DNA of 64,000 nucleotides, taken from NCBI GenBank assembly GCA_022450565.1, contig JAKUOP010000010.1:10629-74628 (forward strand), given 5' to 3'. Position 1 is the stretch's first letter. Each line of letters begins with the position of its first letter. The translations under genes were made by a program, and so were the position numbers. Below the pieces are notes generated by a model that did no database searches, was not told the origin of the DNA, and worked only from the letters and a program-made list of their open reading frames with translations. Shown piece by piece: positions 51,927 to 60,870 of the stretch. Source of the DNA: Candidatus Nitrosopelagicus sp. (lineage in GTDB: Archaea; Thermoproteota; Nitrososphaeria; Nitrososphaerales; Nitrosopumilaceae).

Positions 51927-52235
51927 ATGAAACCATTATTCCAGCTAAGCACACGAAAATACGACGAGGAAATAATTCTAGTAAAAAATGCGATGGTACA
52001 GCTGGAAGAAAAATGTAATGTAAAGAATGGTTTTGCTCTTAAAGAACCATCAATGATGGCTGGATGGGCATTTTTCAATATTGAACTGAGTACAGAAATG
52101 CTTTCTGTGATAGAGACATCTGGCATGATGATTAATGCACAGGGTGTGGGGTTTAGCGAACAGCTGAAAAACTTCCTCGGTCACTATCTTGAGACAAAGG
52201 GCAGTAATGTAAGAATTAAAAAAATTGATTATTAG
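51927..52235 (+). CDS. hypothetical protein
   Basis: ORF track, 102 aa. Confidence 0.65.
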   Translation: MKPLFQLSTRKYDEEIILVKNAMVQLEEKCNVKNGFALKEPSMMAGWAFFNIELSTEMLSVIETSGMMINAQGVGFSEQLKNFLGHYLETKGSNVRIKKIDY

Positions 52236-52284
52236 CATATCTCAATGTAATACTTTTTTGTAACCATGTGGTAAAATCAATTAA

Positions 52285-52389
52285 ATGGATTCAGTATGCC
52301 CAAAGTGTAAGAAGGATCTAAGATTACATACAAAAAAGGAACTAGTAAAATGCTCCTTAAAATATTGGGTATCTGACTGGAAAAAATAA
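52285..52389 (+). CDS. 34-aa CxxC-H-C zinc-finger microprotein (not in ORF track)
   Basis: MDSVCPKCKKDLRLHTKKELVKCSLKYWVSDWKK. Confidence 0.55.
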   Translation: MDSVCPKCKKDLRLHTKKELVKCSLKYWVSDWKK

Positions 52390-52430
52390 CAAACAAAATA
52401 AATAATTACCCAGTAGAACTTGGATTATTA

Positions 52431-52799
52431 ATGTCTGATTCAATTGCATCTGAACTGTTACAAAAGTGGGTTGAAACTATAAAGCAAGGTGACGCAAACG
52501 AAGTTACACTTCTTTATGACAAAAGGGGACTTTTGCTAGGTACTTTTTCTCCAAACGAGAGAGTTGGTCATGAGGCAATTTCTGAATATTTTGTGAACCT
52601 TCTAAAAAGTTCAGTTTCAGTTGAAATCTTATCAGAGCACCCATACGTTTGGGATACAGTTGCAGTTAATTCTGGTCTTTACAATTTTGTCTTACCGGAT
52701 AAAACGGTTGAAGCAAGATTCTCGTTTGTGTATGGAAGGAATGGTGAACTTTGGAAAATTATCTCGCATCATTCTTCAGTTTTGCCTAAGGACGATTAG
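52431..52799 (+). CDS. NTF2-like COG4875/DUF4440 protein, iota-carbonic-anhydrase-like
   Basis: LLLGTFS, YF..LL, SGLYNF, EARFSFVY and WKIISHHSS motifs. Confidence 0.75.
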   Translation: MSDSIASELLQKWVETIKQGDANEVTLLYDKRGLLLGTFSPNERVGHEAISEYFVNLLKSSVSVEILSEHPYVWDTVAVNSGLYNFVLPDKTVEARFSFVYGRNGELWKIISHHSSVLPKDD

Positions 52800-52800
52800 C

Positions 52801-53091
52801 ATGGGTGATGGAATTGGAGGTCCAGTAGTAAGATGTGTTGCTGGCAATGCATTTGAACTGGATGTAACCCATTACAGGAAGGATAATCAGGAACAATACA
52901 GCAGAATTGAGAAAATCATCATTGGAAAAATTGACAATCCAGAAAATCCAGAATACCGGGAAACCACACAAGAAGAGCTAGAACAAGCCTTGAAAGGAAA
53001 ATTTGTTTCATGCAATGTTCAGTACAGAGATGAAAAAACTGACGCATTGGTCTGTAATGTATTTGTACAAAAGCCTCCTGAAGGATTCTAA
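52801..53091 (+). CDS. thermonuclease (SNase)-like OB-fold protein, catalytic residues degenerate
   Basis: True start probably ATG 52801; GPVVRCVAGNAFEL, IIGKIDNPE, LKGKFVSCNVQYRD. Confidence 0.55.
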   Translation: MGDGIGGPVVRCVAGNAFELDVTHYRKDNQEQYSRIEKIIIGKIDNPENPEYRETTQEELEQALKGKFVSCNVQYRDEKTDALVCNVFVQKPPEGF

Positions 53092-53094
53092 TTA

Positions 53095-53205
53095 TTATTT
53101 TACACCCATAAACGTGGTCATGATAAATCCACCTAGGACAGTGATACCTAACATCAAAAGCAACCCAACAATTAGAGTTTTTTTACTATCTAGTGCATTG
53201 TCCAT
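53095..53205 (-). CDS. 36-aa single-TM microprotein (not in ORF track)
   Basis: MDNALDSKKTLIVGLLLMLGITVLGGFIMTTFMGVK. Confidence 0.5.
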   Translation of the reverse strand: MDNALDSKKTLIVGLLLMLGITVLGGFIMTTFMGVK

Positions 53206-53456
53206 ACAAATAATCTGCTGTTACACTATTTAGTGAATACTATAGGCATGAATTTCCTACTTTATGAGATCATAAATGACTAATTTGACAATCATTGTTT
53301 ATCACCATATTAATGATCGCTGAACTTGTGAAATAATACAATGGAATCACTCTACAAAAAACATGAATGGGTTCTGTATCACAAAAAGGAAAAAAATGAA
53401 GAACTAGATGAGGACTAGGCAACACTTTATTTCTTGGAATTTTAATAAATTTTGAA

Positions 53457-53777
53457 TTGGTTGAATTAAAACTAGAAGGTTCCGGCGGTTATGTTATTGC
53501 AGAATTGTCTGAAGAACTTGCAGCTAAATCAAAATTGGTTCCAAACATCGATAAGTGCTTTCTCGCACCTGTTGGAAAACTTGCAGAAAAAGACATGCAC
53601 AAGTATTTTTGCAATAAGTGTGAATCTGAGTTTGACGGTCCCCCAAAATATCAGATAGAAGAAGCACCAAATGAACAAATTGCAGATGGGTTAATTCTGG
53701 TTGAACGGGGACAATACATCTGTCACCAATGCTCTTCTATAATTGGTGAGTATCGAATGTTTGAGAACAAGCAGTAA
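53457..53777 (+). CDS. zinc-binding hypothetical protein
   Basis: CNKC and CHQC pairs; TTG start. Confidence 0.7.
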   Translation: MVELKLEGSGGYVIAELSEELAAKSKLVPNIDKCFLAPVGKLAEKDMHKYFCNKCESEFDGPPKYQIEEAPNEQIADGLILVERGQYICHQCSSIIGEYRMFENKQ

Positions 53778-53792
53778 CAGAAAAGTGGTTTT

Positions 53793-55163
53793 TTATAATT
53801 TCTTAATTGCGGTAGCTAATTCTGTGTCAGCGATTTCATATTCTGATTTCCCTTCTTTATTAATATCCCAAGAAACTACGCCTAATTCTGTCAATCTTCC
53901 CATGGTCGCAATTCTACACGCTTCTACAGGCGTCTGTTTTCCTTCATTGTTTTGCTTTAGTTCAATTGTTTTATCAATTATGTCTCTCTGAATCTTGTTA
54001 GTGAATTTTTTGTCATTTGATTTTTTGACAAAGTTTTTCAATGTATTCTCAAATTCCATATCAAGTGTATCTGTAATATCTGATGACAATGCATCTTCAT
54101 ATGTTATTATCTCAGTTGCAGTTTTGATTAGTTTTGTCTCTAATGGTCTGTTCGGAATTATTTTTGTCACTAAAAATTCTCGTTCCTCATTTGAAAATGC
54201 TGGAAAATTTGTCCCGTTAATAATTGGATTGTCTAATAGATAGAATTTCTTACCAAGATCAGTTAGTGTGATTAGTACATCTTTCTTTTTTGAAAATATC
54301 TTAATTATACCAAGTGCCATAAGCGCTCCTTCAAAAGTTGTTTCTCCAGTATCTTGACCTCTTTTTAGTTTTCCAAAATACCGATCCTTGTATCTTTGCT
54401 CTGCTAATGCTTGTTTTGCTGTGACTTCATTAATTATGGTGGGTCTTGGCAATCCTGTGGAAATTTTCTCTTCCCTTGTTTTCTTATTTTCTTTTTCATA
54501 GACTGTTAGTTTTTTTGAAATTTCTTCTGCAAGTTCATATGCCCTTGCTCTAAAATCATTGAAGTTTATCACTGGTGACTTTTGCTCTCTCATCATATTA
54601 CCAAGAAGTGTTATTGCAATTTTTACTGGTAAGAGTCTACTATAATGTGTAAAAAGTAATGGCCACCCATCAAACTTAACATCATCATATCCTTCTTTTG
54701 ATATTTCATTGAAATTTATCTGCTTGATAAAGTCTCTCGTCGAATCTAAATTATTCTGAATGTTTTCAAATTCGTTATCTGATTCAAAAGTTTGTTGTGT
54801 TATCTCTGGTTCGTTTGCTGTTTTGCCTGTATCAGGTATTGAGTTTAGAAATTCTTTCCATTCATTACCATACTTTTCAGGATATCCAGGATAGATTTGT
54901 TTTAGTACATCAGGTTCCATCATGCTTTGCATGAATGCAAATTGAAGCATTGTTGGCTCCATATCAGTTAATTTGTCTATTACTTTTACTGGGTTTTTTT
55001 CCCATGACAGAAATACATCAATTGCCCTAAAGATGAAATCATCAGCATCCCTAAATCTATCTGGGCTGGCTTCCACTAACTGGTTGATCTTTCTCTGATG
55101 ATCAGGGCTTAATCTAATTATTCTGTTACCCGAAGTCATACGGCTCCAGTCTTTATTGGACAC
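53793..55163 (-). CDS. hypothetical protein with N-terminal ribbon-helix-helix-like and C-terminal winged-helix-like regions
   Basis: RIIRLSPDHQRKINQLV...DADDFIFRAIDVFL; GRLTELGVVSW. Confidence 0.6.
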   Translation of the reverse strand: MSNKDWSRMTSGNRIIRLSPDHQRKINQLVEASPDRFRDADDFIFRAIDVFLSWEKNPVKVIDKLTDMEPTMLQFAFMQSMMEPDVLKQIYPGYPEKYGNEWKEFLNSIPDTGKTANEPEITQQTFESDNEFENIQNNLDSTRDFIKQINFNEISKEGYDDVKFDGWPLLFTHYSRLLPVKIAITLLGNMMREQKSPVINFNDFRARAYELAEEISKKLTVYEKENKKTREEKISTGLPRPTIINEVTAKQALAEQRYKDRYFGKLKRGQDTGETTFEGALMALGIIKIFSKKKDVLITLTDLGKKFYLLDNPIINGTNFPAFSNEEREFLVTKIIPNRPLETKLIKTATEIITYEDALSSDITDTLDMEFENTLKNFVKKSNDKKFTNKIQRDIIDKTIELKQNNEGKQTPVEACRIATMGRLTELGVVSWDINKEGKSEYEIADTELATAIKKL

Positions 55164-55241
55164 GCTTTATGTGAAAATAACTTGTATTAAAGTTAACATA
55201 ATCTATTATACCGATCTAAAATAGGGTGTTATGTTTAAAAA

Positions 55242-55775
55242 ATGGACCTTTCACTCACTATACTTATATTCTACCACATAATAGGCTTTATGATGAGAAA
55301 TACAATGCTTTATGTAGAAAAACAAGAACAGACAACATACACGCTGGATACATGTGTGATAAGAAAAATCCTTGAAAACCCAAATTATCTTAACTGTATT
55401 AGCACACATGTAAATTTCTCAGACTCGGAGATAATACTCAGTAAGACTGTTTTGTGGGAAATTAGAAATCAAATACAATCAATTAGCCCTGATCTAACCT
55501 TGAAACAAATTCTCACTGAATTACAGGATAAGCTAAACGCCAATGTAAAGATTGTAGCACATTCTAATGATACAATTTTACTTGCAAATGATCTGTTAAG
55601 CAAACACAGTCAAAGCCTTCATGAACCAGACAACCAGATTTTAGCATTTTCAATTATTCATAATGCCACACTTCTAAGTTGTGATAGTAAACTAATCAGA
55701 TGCGCAAAAAGTGAAGGTCATCCATGTGTAAACACACACAATTTAGCAACAACCATTTGGGGGACCATGGCATGA
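55242..55775 (+). CDS. PIN-domain (VapC-like) ribonuclease
   Basis: TLDTCVI, TVLWEI, HEPDNQILA, LLSCDSKL acidic quartet; start uncertain. Confidence 0.78.
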   Translation: MDLSLTILIFYHIIGFMMRNTMLYVEKQEQTTYTLDTCVIRKILENPNYLNCISTHVNFSDSEIILSKTVLWEIRNQIQSISPDLTLKQILTELQDKLNANVKIVAHSNDTILLANDLLSKHSQSLHEPDNQILAFSIIHNATLLSCDSKLIRCAKSEGHPCVNTHNLATTIWGTMA

Positions 55776-55833
55776 GTGAACTAATACAAAAACCTAGAAT
55801 TCAACAAGATGAAAATCAGATTTATGATTACGT

Positions 55834-56151
55834 GTGGTCTGGACTACTTGTAGAAATGGAGGAATTACAGAATTGAAGTACAGAACAAACATGCAGATTA
55901 TGGCACAGGTACTTGACAAAATGCAAGATGCCGGAAGTCAAGGTTTGATTATTTCTAGATTAACCCAGAAAGCAAATCTTTCTCATGATAGGTTAATTTC
56001 ACTGACAACCAACTTGATTGGTTCAGGTCTAATTACTAAGATTGAATATGATGGTAGAAATTGCTATGTCATAACTGACAAGGGTATGATGTTTTTGTCA
56101 GAATATCAAAAATTCTTTGATTTTGCCAACTCATTTGGTCTAGAATTATAA
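55834..56151 (+). CDS. winged helix-turn-helix protein
   Basis: KYRTNMQIMAQVL, KANLSH, YVITDKGMMFL; GTG start. Confidence 0.8.
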   Translation: MVWTTCRNGGITELKYRTNMQIMAQVLDKMQDAGSQGLIISRLTQKANLSHDRLISLTTNLIGSGLITKIEYDGRNCYVITDKGMMFLSEYQKFFDFANSFGLEL

Positions 56152-56156
56152 ATTAA

Positions 56157-56897
56157 TTAATACAAACCCTCAGCAACTGTTCTATACGGAATAAGCCATC
56201 TTTCATGATTACATTGTGCACATTTGTATAACCATCTTCGTTTCTTTGTCACTATTTTTGGTATGACCACCACTTCATGTTTTGTCTTTGCCATACAGAA
56301 ATCACATCGCCTTTCTTCGTATTGTTTCTTATCACTACTTTCTCCCAAAAATTTGAACAATTTCTTAAAGTCTGTTTTTAACTCATCAATAAGCTTCTGA
56401 TTATAAATTGTCGCAGCAGGATGATAAGTTACAAAATACATTCTTCCATCCTTTTCTATGAAATTACCATGATTCTTTGTAATTTCTTTTCCACCTAGCA
56501 GTGTGTTGAATGCCGTATTTCCCATAATACATACAACCTTTGGATTAATAATCGAGATTTCCTCATTAATGTAATTTAGGCACGATTTTTCCTCATTTTT
56601 TGTGGGAACTCTATTGTCTGGTGGCCTACATTTTACAATATTGGTTATGTAAACATCGTCTCTATCAATTCCAGCATCTGATAGAATTTCATTCAATCTT
56701 TTTCCAGCAGAACCTACGAATGGTTCACCTTTTTTGTCTTCATTTCTTCCAGGAGCTTCACCAACTAGAATTATCTCAGCATTTTGATTGCCTTTCCCAG
56801 GAACTGCATTTGTTCTAGTTTGGCATAAATCACACTTTTTGCATGCTCTGACTTGTTCTGCAATCACATCCAATTTGCTATTCAATTTATTCTCCAT
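56157..56897 (-). CDS. udg: family-4 uracil-DNA glycosylase with C-terminal zinc ribbon
   Basis: CKKCDLC, VGEAPG, PFVGSAG, NIVKCRPP, TYHPAA; tail CDFC...CAQC. Confidence 0.92.
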   Translation of the reverse strand: MENKLNSKLDVIAEQVRACKKCDLCQTRTNAVPGKGNQNAEIILVGEAPGRNEDKKGEPFVGSAGKRLNEILSDAGIDRDDVYITNIVKCRPPDNRVPTKNEEKSCLNYINEEISIINPKVVCIMGNTAFNTLLGGKEITKNHGNFIEKDGRMYFVTYHPAATIYNQKLIDELKTDFKKLFKFLGESSDKKQYEERRCDFCMAKTKHEVVVIPKIVTKKRRWLYKCAQCNHERWLIPYRTVAEGLY

Positions 56898-56993
56898 ACT
56901 TCACATTAGTAATAAATTTCTCAATAATTAATCAATTCATTAGCCAATATCATGTTAAGAATGACATAATAAAACCATCATCAAACTAGTATT

Positions 56994-58469
56994 ATGACTG
57001 AGGCCCAAAATTTTGAATCAGAATTAGCAGATGATCAAAAATCTGCCGGTTTGGAATTTTTGAAATTTTTTGACCCAACAACTATGAGTATACATCTAAA
57101 AGAAAACCAAAAGCCACTTGGTAAAAAAGGAAAGCCCGGAAATTTTGAGCTTGTGCAAATAGGCAATAAAACACTACAAAGAGATTATCTTGAATTGATA
57201 ACAACTCAAATTCTTACTGCAGTCGATGATGAGATGCTGGGAAATGTTGAAATCTCAAAACCAGGCGCTCTTGTTATTCAGTATAGGGACTATAGGATTG
57301 CTATTACTAGACCACCATTTTCTGAATTATTAGAGATTACAATTGTTCACCCAATCAAACAGATGGAACTTGAAGAATACAACATTTCTGAAAAATTAAT
57401 GGGTAGATTAACGCAGCAGGCAGAGGGAATTCTCATTTCCGGTCCGCCAGGTTCTGGAAAGAGTACACTTGCTTCTGGATTAGCAAATTTCTATAATCGA
57501 AGTGGAAAAATTGTAAAAACTTTTGAATCACCAAGAGACTTGCAAGTCGATCCAGGTGTAACCCAGTATACTAGACTTGATGGAAGCTTTGAAAATTCAG
57601 CAGACATTCTTTTACTTGTTAGACCTGATTATACAATATTTGATGAAGTTAGACGGAGAGACGATTTCAGAATTTTCAGTGATTTGAGGCTAACTGGAGT
57701 TGGCATGGTTGGCGTTATTCATGCAAATGCACCGCTTGATGCTGTACAGCGATTTATTGGTAAAATAGAGCTTGGAATAATTCCCAGTATTTTAGACACT
57801 GTTGTGTTTGTTAAGGATGGAAAAATCAACAAAGTTTATGAGTTGGAATTGAAAGTAAAAGTTCCAAGCGGAATGATAGAGCAGGACTTGGCAAGACCTG
57901 TTATTGAAATCTGTGATTTTGAAACCAGCAATCTTGAATATGAGATTTATACATTTGGCGAGGAAAATGTAATAATACCAGTTTCAAAACCACATAAAAA
58001 AATTGGAATGGAAAGATTAGCGGAAGAAAAAATTGTTGACAAGTTAAGACGATATGATCCAAACCCGCAGGTAGAGTTTCTAAGTGACTCAAGAATTAAG
58101 GTGTATGTTTCCAAAGATTCCATACCTGGAATAATTGGACGTAATGGTAGTAACATTAAGGAATTGGAGGCAATGCTGAATCTACATATTGATGTTGAGG
58201 AAATTAGTTCCGATTATACTAGCAGTTCTAGTTTAACCAACGACATACCATTTGATTTTTCTGAATCTCGAACTTCATTACTGTTAGATGTTGGAAAACA
58301 ATACGCTGGAAACTCTGCTGATATCCATGTTGACGATGAGTATCTTTTTTCCTCACGGATTGGCAGAAAGGGACAAATCAAAATTTTAAAGCGCTCTAAC
58401 GATGGTAAAAAGTTTACAAGATTCGCACATTCAAAAAGCAGCATTCAGGTTTTCCTTAGAAGTCATTAA
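56994..58469 (+). CDS. PINA-like (MJ1533-type) T2SS/PilT ATPase with KH domain, lacking N-terminal PIN
   Basis: FFDPTTMSIHLKE, GPPGSGKS, FESPRDLQV, IFDEVR, GVIHA, IPGIIGRNGSNI. Confidence 0.85.
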   Translation: MTEAQNFESELADDQKSAGLEFLKFFDPTTMSIHLKENQKPLGKKGKPGNFELVQIGNKTLQRDYLELITTQILTAVDDEMLGNVEISKPGALVIQYRDYRIAITRPPFSELLEITIVHPIKQMELEEYNISEKLMGRLTQQAEGILISGPPGSGKSTLASGLANFYNRSGKIVKTFESPRDLQVDPGVTQYTRLDGSFENSADILLLVRPDYTIFDEVRRRDDFRIFSDLRLTGVGMVGVIHANAPLDAVQRFIGKIELGIIPSILDTVVFVKDGKINKVYELELKVKVPSGMIEQDLARPVIEICDFETSNLEYEIYTFGEENVIIPVSKPHKKIGMERLAEEKIVDKLRRYDPNPQVEFLSDSRIKVYVSKDSIPGIIGRNGSNIKELEAMLNLHIDVEEISSDYTSSSSLTNDIPFDFSESRTSLLLDVGKQYAGNSADIHVDDEYLFSSRIGRKGQIKILKRSNDGKKFTRFAHSKSSIQVFLRSH

Positions 58470-58920
58470 AATTATTCACAATTTTTGGGTTAGATTTTAG
58501 AAATGTGATAAATTTTCTAAGCTGCCTCATAGTCTTTGGATTTAGATGGTGTTCAATTCCTTCAGCATCCTGATTAGCAATGTCTCTTCCTATCCCAAGA
58601 ATTTCAAAAAAATCTAACAGTGTGCCATGTTTTTGCCTAATTGTTTCAGCTAACTGCTCACCGGTAGGCGTAAGTGAAATTCCATGATATTTCTCATAAT
58701 ACAAGTATCCATTCGTATCCAATTTTTTGAGCATTTTTGTGACACTTGGAGGGCTGACATTCATGTATCTGGAAATATCTAATGTGGTCGCATATCCTTT
58801 CATATCAACTAGTTCGGCAATAACTTCCAGATAATCTTCCATTCTAGTACTTGATTCCAGTTTTTCTGATTCATGCGCAGCTCTAATCGAGTCGAGTCTT
58901 TTGGAGCTTAGTTTCTTCAT
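58456..58920 (-). CDS. DtxR/MntR-family metal-dependent regulator
   Basis: MEDYLEVI, VSPPSVTKMLKKL, YEKYHGISLT, AEGIEH. Confidence 0.9.
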   Translation of the reverse strand: MKKLSSKRLDSIRAAHESEKLESSTRMEDYLEVIAELVDMKGYATTLDISRYMNVSPPSVTKMLKKLDTNGYLYYEKYHGISLTPTGEQLAETIRQKHGTLLDFFEILGIGRDIANQDAEGIEHHLNPKTMRQLRKFITFLKSNPKIVNNFNDF

Positions 58921-59038
58921 ATAGTGTTTTTCAGGTACTTTCTGATATAAATTCCGTGAGTTTGTAACAAATTCTTGACACGAGAGTAATCCAATTTGAT
59001 CACTGAATTTTAACTAATATTTTTGAGAGACATTAGAA

Positions 59039-59395
59039 ATGTCTGATTTACTCAAAAAACGCATAGAAAAGCTTAGACACATGAGGGAATCTGCAAATAG
59101 GCGCTCTAGTCTTTATTCAGACATTTCAAAAATTAATGACAGGGATACTGCAAGGTCATTAGGCGCATTAAACAGAGCATCCGCACCTGGTGGTAAACTA
59201 CAGAAACTTGGCTTCGTCATGCTCTGGGTTCCAGAGCCTACCGGTGTAACTGTCGCAGTTGGGGCACCAATGATTCTAGCCGGAAGATACTTGGATAAAG
59301 TCTACAATGGTGCAACACTCAAGGATATAGGAAGTCATACAAATGAAGCAATGTCCTCAATAAAAAATTTCAAAGGTCATATGAGCTCATCTTAG
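59039..59395 (+). CDS. hypothetical protein
   Basis: ORF track, 118 aa. Confidence 0.6.
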   Translation: MSDLLKKRIEKLRHMRESANRRSSLYSDISKINDRDTARSLGALNRASAPGGKLQKLGFVMLWVPEPTGVTVAVGAPMILAGRYLDKVYNGATLKDIGSHTNEAMSSIKNFKGHMSSS

Positions 59396-59424
59396 TTTTT
59401 ATTTTGTAAAAATTACTATATGCT

Positions 59425-59919
59425 ATGCCAACCAGACTTCAAGTTTTGATTCCAATTGGAATAGCAGCACTGATTGTTGGTGTTGCTGGAGTTGCCACAT
59501 TACCTGCTGAGGTGAAGTTAGAACAAGTTGAATTTCCACGTGGTACAATTATGGTCGATGATAAAATATTAGAGGTGCAGATAGCTGATACTGAACCTAG
59601 GCATGTAAGAGGCTTAATGTTCCAAAACGAATTACCATTTGATCAGGGAATGCTATTTGTTTTTGACAAACCCGGACCAAAATCGATGTGGATGCTAAAC
59701 ATGCAGTTTCCACTTGATATTATTTGGTTTGATGAAGACGGCAATGTCGTCAGCATATCAAAAGACGTTCCTCCTTGCGTGACACCTGTAGAAATTATGG
59801 CATGTGAATCTGATGCAGCAACTTCTGGAAATGCCAAATATGCATTGGAAGTCACAGCAGGCTTTGTAGACAAATTCAAAATAGACAAAAATTCAAAACT
59901 TGAAATAATTTCAATCTAA
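59425..59919 (+). CDS. DUF192-domain exported protein
   Basis: EVQIADT, RGLMF, GMLFVF, MWMLNMQFPLDIIW, YALEV. Confidence 0.88.
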   Translation: MPTRLQVLIPIGIAALIVGVAGVATLPAEVKLEQVEFPRGTIMVDDKILEVQIADTEPRHVRGLMFQNELPFDQGMLFVFDKPGPKSMWMLNMQFPLDIIWFDEDGNVVSISKDVPPCVTPVEIMACESDAATSGNAKYALEVTAGFVDKFKIDKNSKLEIISI

Positions 59920-60326
59920 TGGATATTATGAAAGTTTCAAAAATTTCTGCAGTCACAGTATTTACAAAAAACATGAAGGACTCGTGTATGTTTTATTCTA
60001 GCATACCAAAGTTTGAGATATCATATGGTGGACCAGACTCAAACTTTACCACATTCAAAGTAAGTCAGTCACCAGACATGTATCTCAACATAGAATTACA
60101 ACAGCAAATTACTGAGAAACCAAGTAATGAACATTTCAGAATTATTTTTCACACAGAGGATGTGGATGCATTGTATTATTACTTGAGAAATGATGACAAT
60201 GTTTCCAGTCTAGGAAAATTTGAAACAAAACCTATGGATGCTGAGTGGGGGGAAAGATTTTTCCAGATGCAAGACCCTGACGGATATCCTATTGTCTTTG
60301 CCACACCACTAAGCAAGAATGATTAA
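59919..60326 (+). CDS. VOC/glyoxalase-family protein
   Basis: FYS..F, FHTEDVDALY, EWGERFFQMQDPDGY. Confidence 0.85.
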   Translation: MDIMKVSKISAVTVFTKNMKDSCMFYSSIPKFEISYGGPDSNFTTFKVSQSPDMYLNIELQQQITEKPSNEHFRIIFHTEDVDALYYYLRNDDNVSSLGKFETKPMDAEWGERFFQMQDPDGYPIVFATPLSKND

Positions 60327-60347
60327 GATGTGTAACACCATCTGATT

Positions 60348-60515
60348 ATGACTGATTTTAAAAGAATTGCAATAGAGCAGTTTGAAATGAATATGCAGGT
60401 TTTGAAAAGAAAACCTAATGATGCAGTTGCCAGATCATACATGCTTGGCGTAATGATGGCAAAACATCTTACAGATGAGCATGTTGAAATGGCAAAGCGA
60501 TATGTTATAGAATAA
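60348..60515 (+). CDS. 55-aa hypothetical protein (not in ORF track)
   Basis: MTDFKRIAIEQFEMNMQVLKRKPNDAVARSYMLGVMMAKHLTDEHVEMAKRYVIE. Confidence 0.5.
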   Translation: MTDFKRIAIEQFEMNMQVLKRKPNDAVARSYMLGVMMAKHLTDEHVEMAKRYVIE

Positions 60516-60525
60516 AAAAGGAGGA

Positions 60526-60870
60526 TTACTGTTGTTCGGGAGTAATCTGAAGAGTAGCCTCGTTTACTTTGTTACCAATAAGTGACAAAAATGGCATTGC
60601 GTCCCATTTGTACATATAGGTAGAAAGGAATTGCTGTGCAGTGTTATTGTATTTTGCATAGAATTCTTCTGCCTCAGATTGGCTAGCCTCAATAACTGAC
60701 ATTGAAGTCTTGTTATCATCAAATGGACCACTCCAAATCATATTTCCCGAGTTATGCCATTCATCAATAATCATTGATAATGCAGGCATTGCTGTTGCAA
60801 TCTCTTCTGGTTTTGCATCTTCTTTGAAAACGCTAACAAGAACAAATGGCTCTTTGTTAATTTCTTCCAT
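60526..60870 (-). CDS. YciI-like dimeric alpha/beta-barrel protein
   Basis: GNMIWSGPFDD..SMSVIEA pattern. Confidence 0.5.
   Translation of the reverse strand: MEEINKEPFVLVSVFKEDAKPEEIATAMPALSMIIDEWHNSGNMIWSGPFDDNKTSMSVIEASQSEAEEFYAKYNNTAQQFLSTYMYKWDAMPFLSLIGNKVNEATLQITPEQQ

Noticed and set aside
52621-52800. N-terminal extension of the 156-aa ORF
   Set aside because: Overlaps the COG4875 gene in another frame; ATG at 52801 gives a coherent domain
50760-56150. Intact provirus or integrative element
   Set aside because: No integrase, replication or capsid gene and no distal att copy seen; only a 228-bp att-like scar
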